Below are positions 46,401 to 56,701 of a stretch of 64,000 nucleotides of DNA, piece after piece. The notes beneath the pieces are model-generated. The model was not told the DNA's origin. It ran no database searches and was given only the letters and a program-made list of their open reading frames with translations. The stretch lies in the NCBI RefSeq assembly GCF_037042905.1, contig NC_087250.1, forward strand, positions 25,298,001-25,362,000, given 5' to 3'. The first letter of the stretch is position 1. Every line of letters starts with the position of its first letter. This DNA is from Lytechinus pictus (taxonomy: Eukaryota). A program made the translations under genes and the position numbers.

Positions 46401-49383
46401 TGAAAACATATTCAGGTCTGCATTTAACCCTAAAAGGACTGGGCTATTTGAAATGTATTGAGGACTGAGGGGGATAGGCCATGAGGGCCCCCTTCTGATC
46501 TCGGCCACCATTTGCGCGATGCGCCAAAATTTGGCATGCACATTCTTTACCACATTAACTACGGTAAGAAAAAAAATTCTGGAAATAATTTTTTAAATGT
46601 ATTATGAATAAAATATGAATATTTATTTGTGAAAAACAACATTTGCATACTTAAGGCCTAATTTCAGATTTTCATTTTTTCCCTGATGTCATCTTTGCAA
46701 TCTTATTTAAAGGTTTCCATAAAGCCAAATTTTTCCTCGTGTATTTCTTTGTTTTTAGAATTTCTTATGCATTTCTGTGTTTTTTATGTTTTTTTTTCCA
46801 TTGGAATTTATTTTAAGCCATTTTGCAACTAAATGAATTAAGCGAACCAATTGAAATGAAAAATAATCACCCTTTTGATGAATTTCAACTCCCATAGAAT
46901 ATGTTCACTGAGTATTAAAATGAGCCGTTTTCGGCATGACATTGTCTTGTAAAAGTTATGATTGATCCAATAAATCGTAACTATGGAAATCCATCAGTGT
47001 CATATTTATTTCTACATAAAATTTTCAAAATGTCCTTTGTAAACAAAGGCGAACACACCAAATTGTCAAGAAAACAATGAATTTATGTAATTTACGTCAT
47101 ATCTAGAATTTTTTTTGAACATTTGTACATTTAAGATGCTGACATTGCTGGCCGACCATAGTTATGATTGATGGGATCAATCGCAACTCTTTGTAAGACG
47201 GGTCCCAGAAATATAGCTCGAAGCGTGGGGGGGGGGCTTCCCCCTACAACCACTTTCTGTTTGGTGTCATCCCCCAGTGTCTAATCTTAGTTCATATAGT
47301 TTGTCTTCTAACCATTTGGTGAAATAGTCCATTTACCACAACAATGTAGTGGATATGATTAGATGATCTGTTAATGAACCAAATTTTATTTGACTTAATT
47401 CCAATGTAATAAGTAGACGTAATGGAAATTAAGTGATCTTGGCAGCAGTAGACTAAGTGATGTTTGGACCAAGTGAACTTACATGTGGACATAGAGGTGT
47501 TAAGACTATCTGAGAATTAGACTACTGGGGCGGTATTCTGAAAACCGTGTTAGCACAAAAACGGTGTTAGCTAACACGATTGGTATTCTGAAAATTGTGT
47601 TAGCATAAAAACACGTGGCCCAAGTGGTAACACCGCGCATGGTCATGAAATGCGCAGTGCGCAACGCGCAACCCCATACGCGGTGTTAGGGAGGAAGATA
47701 ACACGAAATTTGGTATTCTGAAAATGGTGTTAGCTAAAATTTGGTTCTAAGATAACACGAACATTTAACACTGCGCTAAGGAGGGGTTAAGTTGGAAATG
47801 ACGATGGCTGTACTTTTCTGGCAGACACAAACGTCAATAAAAGAACATATATAGGGGCATAGCTATTGTCTGGCAGCACTTCCTGGAAGATTCTTTCATT
47901 TTCCAGCTTTATTTTCCATCTTACCTTTCTCTCTACAAACAATGATCAAACAGCAATTTCTTCGGAACTTCCTGTGAAAATGCACTTCAAATGCATCTTT
48001 AATTTTGATTAATTTAAATTGTTATCATAATCATGAGTTATTTATTTGGTTCCCTTTTGCCACAATAACGTTTTAAAAAAGAGGACAAAAAAGAGAGGAA
48101 GAATATTAAAACCGTCTAAAAAGCCCAAACAGCAATTAAAAAGAATGGATTAGGGATTTGGGAACTCTTCTCTAGCTAATGACAAAATTTTTACCCCTTT
48201 TCAATAGTTATAGTTCCAATGATCAAAATTTTCAACTCTCAATGCTACTAGATTATCCCGCCAGTCAATCTATATGTTTCGGATGGCGGGGGGGCAAAAG
48301 TGAAAAAAAAATATTGAGGGGGGGCTGATCACTCTACGTATTAAATCATAATAATAAAAAAAATGCGTGCGGAGCGCACCGAAAAATTACAATTTTTAAG
48401 GTTTGATAATATTTCTATGTCAGGTTCAATTTTTCTTAAACTGCTTTTCATGCTTTAAAAAAATTTGCATTGCATATTTATTTTTTAAAGTTTTCAAAAT
48501 AATTGGGGGACATAATATAGATTAACTGTGCTCCCTCTTATTTGGGGGATAATCGTCTATATACTGCCCCCTCCACCATGTCCACAATCGATCGAGGCGT
48601 CTGTCTCCCGTTTTCGTACCCATATGCTGTCTGAAATAATATATTCTTAATTGCCACTAACCCCTCCCCACGTCCCTTTCTAGCTCTAACTTTTATTTAG
48701 CTGTATGCGCTGACATAATGATGTCACAATGCAGGCTTTGTGTCACCGCGCACGCACTCTTTTCCCTAAAAATTCTGCACGATCTTTCCTTTATAACAGT
48801 GCATTTGATTGGATTAAATAGATGCAGAGTGGGAGGAGCTGAAATGAGATAACACGCAGATAACACGGTTTTCAGAATACCGATCTGGGGGTATGTTAGG
48901 GGCGTGTTAAATTAGAGAGATAACACGATATTTAACACGAAAGTTAACACGATTTTCAGAATACCGCCCCTGGTTATTAGACAAAGTGGCTATGCAGCTT
49001 TCCCATCTGGATAAAACAGTTCATTTCATTTTGACCATCTTTTGTTTGTTAAAGCACCTTGTCTCCCGTTTCTGATATTTTCTATTTATCTTTCACACAG
49101 GGCTTGTATTGGACTTCCTCCACAGAATAACATGCTACTGGAACACAAGCTTAGCAATCCAAAGTCCATCCCAGAACTCTGCACCAATGGCCTCTCCTCA
49201 GAACTGTGCACCAATGGCCTCTCCTCAGAACTGTACATCAATGGCCTTACAAACGGCCACGCCCTGCAGAATGGCAGCCTTGTCATAGAGCCTGAACCGA
49301 TCAGCAAGAAAGCAAAAGTCGCAACGTCCGAGTTCGTCAACGGCAACGGTGTTCTGCACAATGGTATGGCAGCGATTCATTAA
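22310..49383 (+). CDS. ISYNA1: Inositol-3-phosphate synthase (myo-inositol-1-phosphate synthase), whole-gene span; join(22310..22420,24861..25022,25476..25605,28101..28498,29539..29781,30119..30392,31227..31365,49101..49383), 579 aa
   Basis: The spliced translation contains the MIPS hallmark motifs [54 protein letters not shown] and KAPLVP. Exon phases are mutually consistent (0,0,1,0,0,1,2) and the exons total 1740 nt. Confidence 0.97.
23076..23533. mobile_element. TIR element in intron 1
   Basis: TIR CAGTAGAGGCGCACGGCCAATAT, flanked by the 5-bp direct repeat TAGAC; internal GGAGACTGTCTCC-type palindromes. Confidence 0.8.
24861..25022 (+). CDS. ISYNA1: ISYNA1 exon 2 (VKPIDV...[14 protein letters not shown]...KEGIR)
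   Basis: ttttcag acceptor, GTAAGA donor, NAD-binding GWGGNNG motif. Confidence 0.97.
25046..25440. mobile_element. Kolobok-like family C element filling most of intron 2
   Basis: Reverse complement of ~10740-11145; starts after TTAA. Confidence 0.7.
25476..25605 (+). CDS. ISYNA1: ISYNA1 exon 3 ([13 protein letters not shown]...[13 protein letters not shown])
   Basis: tttgcag acceptor, GTAAGT donor; not in the ORF track but translates to conserved MIPS sequence. Confidence 0.96.
28101..28498 (+). CDS. ISYNA1: ISYNA1 exon 4 ([17 protein letters not shown]...LWTANTERF...ASILEG)
   Basis: Pyrimidine tract plus tttag acceptor, GTAAAC donor, conserved motif LWTANTERF. Confidence 0.97.
28718..29312. 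mobile_element. TTAA-flanked element in intron 4 (Kolobok-like)
   Basis: TTAA|AGGGGAATCCAGCC...GGTTGGATCCCTT|TTAA. Confidence 0.7.
29539..29781 (+). CDS. ISYNA1: ISYNA1 exon 5 ([15 protein letters not shown]...[10 protein letters not shown]...FRSKE), GC donor
   Basis: ctgcag acceptor; only the donor GAG|GCAAGT restores the conserved SKE|ISKS junction in frame. Confidence 0.95.
29787..29950 (-). mobile_element. 5'-truncated SINE in intron 5
   Basis: Reverse complement of the central segment (GTAAATGGGTACC) and tail (CTAGATAGATGG...AAATGCC) of the SINE at 6718-7005. Confidence 0.7.
30119..30392 (+). CDS. ISYNA1: ISYNA1 exon 6 (ISKSNVVDD...CEDSLLA...RIEFKS)
   Basis: tctttcag acceptor, GTAAGT donor, conserved motifs. 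Confidence 0.97.
30670..30710 (-). ncRNA. Degenerate minimal type I hammerhead ribozyme (Penelope-like element remnant, ~30530-30710)
   Basis: The minus strand reads ACTC-CTGAAGA-C-(stem II, imperfect)-GAAA-CGTC-GAGT: both core boxes, a 4-bp helix I and a palindromic ACGT helix III. Confidence 0.55.
31227..31365 (+). CDS. ISYNA1: ISYNA1 exon 7 ([46 protein letters not shown]); its 3' 80 nt belong to unit 1 of the array
   Basis: acacag acceptor, GTAAGC donor at 31366; conserved SYL.KAPLVP...NAL..QR motif. Confidence 0.96.
31286..46421 (+). repeat. Tandem array of 176 x 86-bp units derived from the ISYNA1 exon 7 3' end plus 5' splice site
   Basis: Unit AAAGCACCCTTGGTTCCTAGTGGTACACCGCTCGTCAATGCTTTATTCAAACAGAGGGCTTGCATTGAAAACATTTTTAGGTAAGC. 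The first and last exon-end AGs (31365, 46415) are exactly 175 x 86 apart, so there is no net indel. Confidence 0.98.
47528..48969. mobile_element. PIF/Harbinger-like non-autonomous element in intron 7
   Basis: TIR GGGCGGTATTCTGAAAA, 3-bp TSD CTG, subterminal GGTATTCTGAAAA/TAACACG repeats. Confidence 0.85.
49101..49383 (+). CDS. ISYNA1: ISYNA1 terminal exon 8 ([17 protein letters not shown] plus low-complexity NG-rich tail)
   Basis: tttcacacag acceptor in phase 2, matching exon 7; RAC.GL.P.N.M.LE is the conserved MIPS C-terminus; TAA at 49381-49383. Confidence 0.93.
49172..49247 (+). repeat. Coding 27-bp tandem repeat x ~3 (ELCTNGLSS) in exon 8
   Basis: CAGAACT(C/G)TGCACCAATGGCCTCTCCT is repeated in frame. 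Confidence 0.9.
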
Positions 49384-49589
49384 CGAGATGGAGGCGACTA
49401 CGGCTGACGCGACCACCACCACCAAAGACTCTCTACCAGTATCGACGGTCAGTAATATCAATACACTCGTGAATGGCAGTTTCATCTGACATCACCACCT
49501 GAGACGTGTGTTACCCAAAGGCAATGAATTTGATTGCCCTTGCTGGCTTCAAAATCCCCCAATTACTGACTGGTTGTGGCGATTCATAA

Positions 49590-49595
49590 AATAAA
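49590..49595 (+). terminator. Candidate polyadenylation signal (others at 49873 and 50336)
   Basis: First AATAAA downstream of the stop codon; the site actually used is unknown. Confidence 0.35.
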
Positions 49596-49928
49596 ATTGC
49601 CTTGCCGTGTTGAGGTCTTGCTGGAGGAGCTGGGACAACCAGAGACCACATTCTATCATCGGTAATTCAAATGATTTTGTTTATGGCAGTATGCGCTGTA
49701 ATAACACCACCAATCCCTCTTCGAAGGGCAAGCATTAGTATTTAAATTGCCCTATTTCAACCCAATTTGCTATATATCTAACCATTGCAGTGGCATATTG
49801 TATTGAGTCCAAATTATTACCTCAGTAGGTACAGGAATCGTAGTCAAGGTCGGTACTTCCCACTTCCCAGTCAATAAAGCTGCTGGAGAAAACCTTCCCC
49901 CATAGACTTTGTACACATGAATCAACAC

Positions 49929-50031
49929 TAAGGTCAAGGCTGGCAAAATGTGGCCTTGAGGCTAAGGTCAAGGCTGGCAAAATGTGGCCTCGATGTTTAA
50001 GGTCAAGGCTGGCAAAATGTGGCCTTGAGGC
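49929..50031 (+). repeat. ~34-bp tandem repeat x 3 downstream of the stop codon
   Basis: TAAGGTCAAGGCTGGCAAAATGTGGCCT is repeated. Confidence 0.9.
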
Positions 50032-51209
50032 CGGCATTGACTGCATCCCTGGTAGGTAGGTAAGAATTCAAAAGGACTGAGTTTCGGTTTCTTCAACATA
50101 TTTTCCAAATCATGGGCTGGATGAAATTGTGCTCTTTGGTGTATATATTCCTTTCCATGTTACAAAGATGAGATCGTGCAGAAATTACATTAAGTGTACA
50201 TATACCTTGGAAGTTTTCAATCATGTAAATGCAGAGGTTGAATGTACCAAATCTGGTGATCTGGCATTGTAACCTTTTTGGCACTATGTCAATCTTCTCA
50301 GTAAGTGATGTTATTACAGGGTGGTACCTTGGTGCAATAAAGTGCTAAGTCTATTTCAGGGCATGCTATCCAATCATCATTATAGAACATTGCTAATATA
50401 ACATTGCTGATATGTAATGTTGGCACAAAGCCCCCCCCCCCCCAAACAAAAAATAAAAATAAAATAAATAAATGAATAAATAAATAAAAATAAAAGAGTC
50501 AACATATTTTCATGCCACTTGACTACTTTCCAGTGGCTATTATCAAAGACGTGATTCACAATATAATTTGTCATCGATTTCCCCGACATTCATAGATCTG
50601 ATTGGCTGAGATCAATTTTGTCAGTGCTAATCACTCTAAAGACACTATGCAATGATCTTTTTTCTTTGACAGAGGTTTTGTCCACTCAACTTCTGTCCTG
50701 ACAAGAATTTAGGAAGGAGGGGGGGGGGGGTGACTATCCCCCTAAACCCAGTAATTTTTGTAGTTAATAACCGACTTAATGAAAACACACAACAGAGGAA
50801 AACGGAAAAATAAAGCTTTTTTTTTTTTAGATTAACTGTCACATCTTGCTATTACCCTTCCTAGGAGAATCCTCTGGTGCCTCTTGGTTATTACATGTAA
50901 TCTCTGTATTGCTTCTCCAGGCATTCCTGTTTTCAGTATTGGCTTTGGTGAAACCTGGGAGATGTTTCACGAAGCACTCAGTGGGGTTTTCACCAACAAC
51001 TGTTACAAACTACTGAAATTCTTGCGTACGATTGGCTGAATTTGAATTGATCTGTGAAAAGTCACTGACAGGAACCTTCATGAAATTGATCAGTATGCAG
51101 TAATAGGCGTCCTCCCCACATTTGAATAGTATGACGTCATGGATGTATGCGAGTGATGTCTATTGTTTAACTTGTTTTTAAAAAAATAGGGGATGTTAGG
51201 GATAGATAT

Positions 51210-51439
51210 GGCCCTGTCTTACGAAGAGTTATGATTGATCCGATCAACCTCAACTATGGAAAGCCAGTATTGTCAACATAAAAATTGACATATGTTCAAA
51301 ATATTTTCTAAATATGATGTATATTCATTCATACAATTATTGTTTTCTTGAAAATTCAAAGTGCTTCTTTTTGTTTACAAAGGACATTGTAAGAGGTTGA
51401 TCCGTTCAGATCAATCGTAACTTTTTTATAAGACGGGCC
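51210..51439. mobile_element. Harbinger-like MITE (family also at ~46940-47205, 53531-53798 and ~56139-56400)
   Basis: TIR GGCCC.GTCTTAC.AAGAGTT..GATTGATC. Confidence 0.7.
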
Positions 51440-51573
51440 ATGGTATGATGTTAAAAATCTGTGCGTAAGCCTACCTCCTTGTATCTTGCCAGAAGCATTA
51501 TTTAGTGAACCACCACCGAAGGGACCATTATATGAAGCGATGTACACTGACAGCTATTATCTTGATCACAAGT

Positions 51574-51855
51574 GGGTGCGTCGTGGTCTAGTGGTTCTGA
51601 TCCTCGCCTTTCAAATAGAGGGTCGTGGGTTCGAATCCTAGCCATGGCGTGTTTTCCTTCAGCAAGAAATGTATCCACACTGTGCTGCACTCGACCCAAG
51701 TGAGGTAAATGGGTACGGGCAGGAAGTAATTCCTCAAAAGCTGTGCGCACCAGAATCGGTAGACTAGCTTAGCCGGGGTAATATAGGAGCGCCTTGAGCA
51801 CCTAGCAAGGTGGATACGTGCGCTAAACAACTCCTGTATTGTTTTTGTTATTATT
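51574..51855 (+). mobile_element. tRNA-derived SINE
   Basis: A box TGGTCTAGTGG, B box GGTTCGAATCC, central GTAAATGGGTAC segment, (TTA/TTG)n tail. Confidence 0.85.
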
Positions 51856-52435
51856 TGTAAGCTGCTGAATTTCTTTTGTGACTGGATAAGAGGAAATTCA
51901 ACATCATTTTTTTTGTTTTACAAGTTACGTATTAACGTACCTGGAGCATTCAAGTGAAATTGTCAGTGCTGGCAACCTTCGTGATATCAGTGCCCTTTTA
52001 TTGTTACATGTATATGTGTATTATTATAATTGTGTTTGATGTGGAAAGAGAAGGAGCAGAGAAAATCAAAGAAAGAAAATTGTGCCTTTGGTGAAGATAT
52101 TTCTTTTAATGGTTAAGTCAGGTTTCTTAGGGCTCACAAGTGTTTTATGCAAAGGACATTAAATGCCAAAACATAGCCAATTTGCATTTTATGGAACCAA
52201 ACTGTGGCAAACGTGCACAAATCATTTATTTTTGTCCGCAAGTAGTCTTTAAAAAATTTGAAGAAATCCTCCCCAACAGATTTTGAAGCTTCCAGACCTC
52301 GAGCACCTGTTTTGCGAATGTTGGACTTTCCATTAGTTAACAAGAGCTTCCTTTAAGAATCCCTCATAGAACATTTTTGAGCCTCGTTGACACCAGGGGA
52401 ATGGTTCACAAAGGATGACTTACAGTTGCACTTAA

Positions 52436-52825
52436 AGATAAATACCAGTTGTGGTATTGACTTCAAAATGAGTTCGAACAGAATCCAATGAAATTACCAC
52501 CAAAGTGTTTGTATGTATTGAATGAAAAATATGTTCCAAATAGCTCTGGGAGAAAATGTGTCATTGCTGAGAAATTATTAAAATAAGCATGGAAATCCAT
52601 CAAATGCCGGGTATTTTTCGAAACAATATTAATACACTGTCCCTCATATGCCTTTCTGTGTTAGTGATCATCAGAATTATCGATTTTGAGCTAAGATTTC
52701 ATGATTTTACAAAGATAAAATTGCATTAATGTACCAGATCTGGATGTAAGATATTTTGACAATGAACTTGATTTAAGTGACTTTCTTGTAAAATAGTTGT
52801 TTGCTGCAACTACTGTCTTTTACCT
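52436..52825. mobile_element. Kolobok-like family C element
   Basis: TTAA on both sides, AG...CT termini, homologous to 10740-11145. Confidence 0.75.
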
Positions 52826-53530
52826 TTAAATGCTGAAGAGTACAAGGTATGAAACACGCAATCTTATTGATCAATACGCAGTAGTGTGTATCCTCTTAGC
52901 ATTATCTGACCAATGTGGTCAAGCCTTTTACATCGCACGCTACAAGGCATTTAAGTGCGACTCTTAATTGGACTTCACTCTTTGTGACCCCCCCCCCCCC
53001 CCCGGCTTTATGAATTCCCAACACAGTAAAAAAAAACATGAAGACCTTGCTACGGTGTCTAAGAAAAGAAAATTTCACTGCAGCTGATCTGTGAATCCTG
53101 ATCTTAAGAGTGACAGGCTTTGATTGGGGAAAACGGCATTTGAAGATTTGTGATCTTTGAAAAACACATTGCTTTAATAAGCATTTTCCAATGTGTTGGG
53201 TATATCAACAGACATTGTATTCATAACCCTTGCTAATGATATATTCTGGAAATTCTTTTTTTTTTTAACTCAATTTTATTATGCGTTGTGGGCATTTTGA
53301 CTTTGGGGTTTTGAGATTATTAACTAAACCTCTCTTTCTCTTGCCAAGAAGTTGTAAATAATAGTAATAATAACATAAAATTAATAATAAGAAGAGGAAA
53401 CTGCAAAATCAAGCATCATATTGAAAACAAGATTGAATTAGTTTTAATGTGGTCATTAGAGCACAGAATGATTAGTGGGAGCCATTACACAGAGCTGTCT
53501 GTAAGTTAAGAGTGATGTTATGAACAACTG

Positions 53531-53798
53531 GGCCCCATCTTACAAAGAGTTGCGATTGATCCGATCAATCGCAACTATGGACGGCCAGCAACGTCAACAT
53601 CTATTCATGTTTGTTCACAATATTTTCTAACTATGATGTATATTCATGCATTCATTGTTTTCTTGAAAATTCACTGTGCTTCTCTTTGTTTACCAAGGAC
53701 ATTGTGCAAATTTCCTATAGAAAAAAATTATGACAGTGATGAATTACCATAGAGTTCCGATTGATTGGATCAATTGTAACTCTTTGGAGGACAGGGCC
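53531..53798. mobile_element. Harbinger-like MITE
   Basis: GGCCC termini, 3-bp TSD CTG. Confidence 0.8.
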
Positions 53799-54219
53799 CT
53801 GGTGAGCCTATCTTGTCACTATTGACGTATACCAACATTTTTTGATTTAGCTCTTAAGACAAAGGTCACCAATCATTCATTAGTTGATTGTAACTAACAG
53901 ATTAATGAAACATCCACCAGGTTTAATTACTTGAAATTAGTATTGTGGATTATTGTTTGTGTCATTAACACACTCGATACAGTCATATTCTCAAGAAATA
54001 TTTGGTTTGAAGAATTATCTGACCTCATATTGCGCTTTCAATGAACACTGGCTGTACTTTAAAAATTTTATTACTGCATATGTTTATTCTCCTGAAATAA
54101 TAAAAAAATTGATTTCAAAGTTCAAAATGTGCAAATTTAGGGAAACAGTGCTATAGAGATCACCCTTTCCATCACAATTTTAGGCAAATTTTCATGATGC
54201 AATTAAGAAGAGAATCTTG

Positions 54220-54407
54220 CAATGGCGGATCCAGGGGGGGGGGGGGGAGGCACAGCCGACCCGTTCCCTCCCCCTTTGAGAAGCACAATTCATATTTGTC
54301 ATGTAAAAATGCCATTTATATAAAAGTGAAGACCTTTTTTTTTTTTTGCCTGTCAATTTTTTTCAAAATGTCGCCCCCCCTTTTGGAAAATCCTGGATCC
54401 GCCCCTG
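54220..54407. mobile_element. hAT-like MITE
   Basis: TIR CA..GGCGGATCCAGG, 8-bp TSD with one mismatch. Confidence 0.75.
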
Positions 54408-54629
54408 GGATCTTGGACTCATTTCCTGAAGACTTTTCATAATAACAAATTTACAGTAAGAGTGAAAAGCTTCTTAAATCCTTCATTCTCATTGGCTGAT
54501 AGTAAATTTGTTCTAGAAATTGTGCGTTTGTTGAGTCTTAATGAAACAGGACCTTGTACATTAAAAATGTTCTCTATGTAATGTAAATCTAGCACTCCAA
54601 TGTTAGCTGGCTTCAATTTAACCCAAGTG

Positions 54630-54842
54630 CACTGCAAATACTCTGGTGTTGATTTAACACCAGCGCGGAATCTATATATGTCCACACCAGAGAAGTATTG
54701 AAACAACACCGGTTCGGAATCAAACCTATGCTGTTTTAATACTCATTGGTGTTGTAGAACAAAACGAAAATAGTGTTTAACACTTCTCTGGTGTGGACAG
54801 ATTCCAGGCGGGTGTTAAATCAACACCAAATTTTTTGCAGTG
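54630..54842. mobile_element. CACTA-like palindromic MITE
   Basis: Homologous to 9701-9938, TG TSD. Confidence 0.8.
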
Positions 54843-56701
54843 TGTGTAATATTAAGGCTATTTAAAAGAGATTTGTACATAGCATAACCCTTTTTTTTAC
54901 ATTTACTTATTTATTCATAAGTTCTTCATATTTTCTTGCTATTAATATCACTTGTGGATTTGATTATGGAAAAGGCTGGAAAGGTTGTGTTCGCTATCAT
55001 GTTTTTAATTTTCAATTTGAAAAAAATATTACTACTGCATTGAATTGCCTATTCAACAATTTTTAGTGATTTTTCCCCTGTTCATTGTTTTTAAACATTA
55101 CATGGAAGATTTAGGCTTTCTGTAATGCAATAAAACTGGATGCAGTATATATATATTTTTTAATGTGACTTTGAGGACCTCTTTTTTTTTTAGGCCAAAT
55201 GACAATTTTTACTTTTTCCTGAATTGGAAATTGTTCATTAAGAAGCAATTTTTTAAAGGATATTTAAATATTTATATCATTTATAGGGTACATGTATTCA
55301 TGCTGTTCAGCACTAATTTATATTTTCAAAAAATAGAAATAAATCCTCATTTGTTTCTTGATTAATTTACCATTTTAGTAAATCCTACAATTTTTAAGAG
55401 AATTGAGCTGAATTAAGCATAATATTCGAAAGAGAAAATAAGAAATATTTCTAGTTATTCAAATTTTGCCTTGCTGTATTAATTTATTTAAATGAATGTT
55501 TTCATGAGCAATATAATAAATTAATTTTTATTATTATAACTGAGGGCCAATATAATGTATTGCATTTCATTGGTAAATGTTTACTGTATATTCAAATCAC
55601 AGATCATGATTGCAGTGCCAAAGAGAGGATCTCTATAACGTCATTTATATTCTCATAACTTATTTTTTGTTCAATTTTATTCAAACTTTTGTTGATTCTT
55701 TAATTTTTCTGGTTTCGCACAAGCTGAACTTGTTCCATGAGTTTTATTTTTCTTAAATGTGGTACACATGACCATGGCCCTGGAAGTGAGGGCGCCGAGT
55801 ATGTTATACATGCGACATCCCCTGTAAATTAAGTTGGCATGCCACAAAATGTCATTTTGGAACAATAACCCCTTTTTTTGCTTGTTTCATTTGTTTATAG
55901 ACAAAATCGCATTCACGTTTTGAGTGAAAACTTTTCTATTCTTTTTTTTTTGTGGAGGGGGTGGGGGCCTTGTCAATGTTTTTCTAATCAAAATGATGCA
56001 AAATCATCTTCGTTTTGGAGTGAAAACCATTTTTTTTTTTCTGTTGGCTTTTATCAAACTGCATCCCATATTAATAAAATAATTTCCCTGCACGTGTCCC
56101 ATCTGGGTCTCTCGGATGATTCTTGATGCAATTCTGCTGGGCCCCGTCGTACAAAGAGTTACGATTGATCCAATCAACGTCAACTATATGGAAATCCATC
56201 AATGTCATCATTTTTCTTCAGACAATTTGCACAATGTTCTTTGTGAACAAAGAGAAGCACACTGGAATTTTGTCAAGAAAACGGTGAATGTATGAATATA
56301 CATCATATCTAGAAAATGAGTTGAATAAACATGCATTTTAGATGTTGACGTGGCTGATGGCTTTCCATAGATTTGGTTGATTTGATCAATCGCAACTCTT
56401 GTCTCTGTCTAGAACCCAAGAGTCAATTATTTTAGTTTCAGTTTCGAACATGGCACTAGTATTTACAGATATTCAAACATATTGCAGATAATTTGTCATC
56501 AATAATCCTATCAGTATCGTGTTGGTTCTTTAAAAAATGAATTTTAATTGTGAATGTTGCATGTTGTCCATTCACATCAATGATATGCATGGCCATACGC
56601 ACAATTTTTTTTCTGGGGGGGGGGCAGGAGGCATGACAATTTAGAAGAAATTTGATGGTGAGGGAGTGAAGCGACAACTCTTGTCATTTGGGGGCACTTA
56701 A

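Noticed and set aside
31286..46421. CRISPR-like array
   Set aside because: There are no unique spacers and no cas genes, the context is a eukaryotic intron, and the unit is exon-derived.
31372..46421. Array as tandem alternative (Dscam-like) coding exons
   Set aside because: Units lack the exon-7 acceptor and the first 59 nt of the exon, are 86 bp long (frameshifting), and each carries TAA in the exon frame.
31372..46421. Apparent synonymous bias of unit variants suggesting coding selection
   Set aside because: A by-eye tally of distinct changes is roughly 10 synonymous versus 17 non-synonymous, not convincingly different from neutral.
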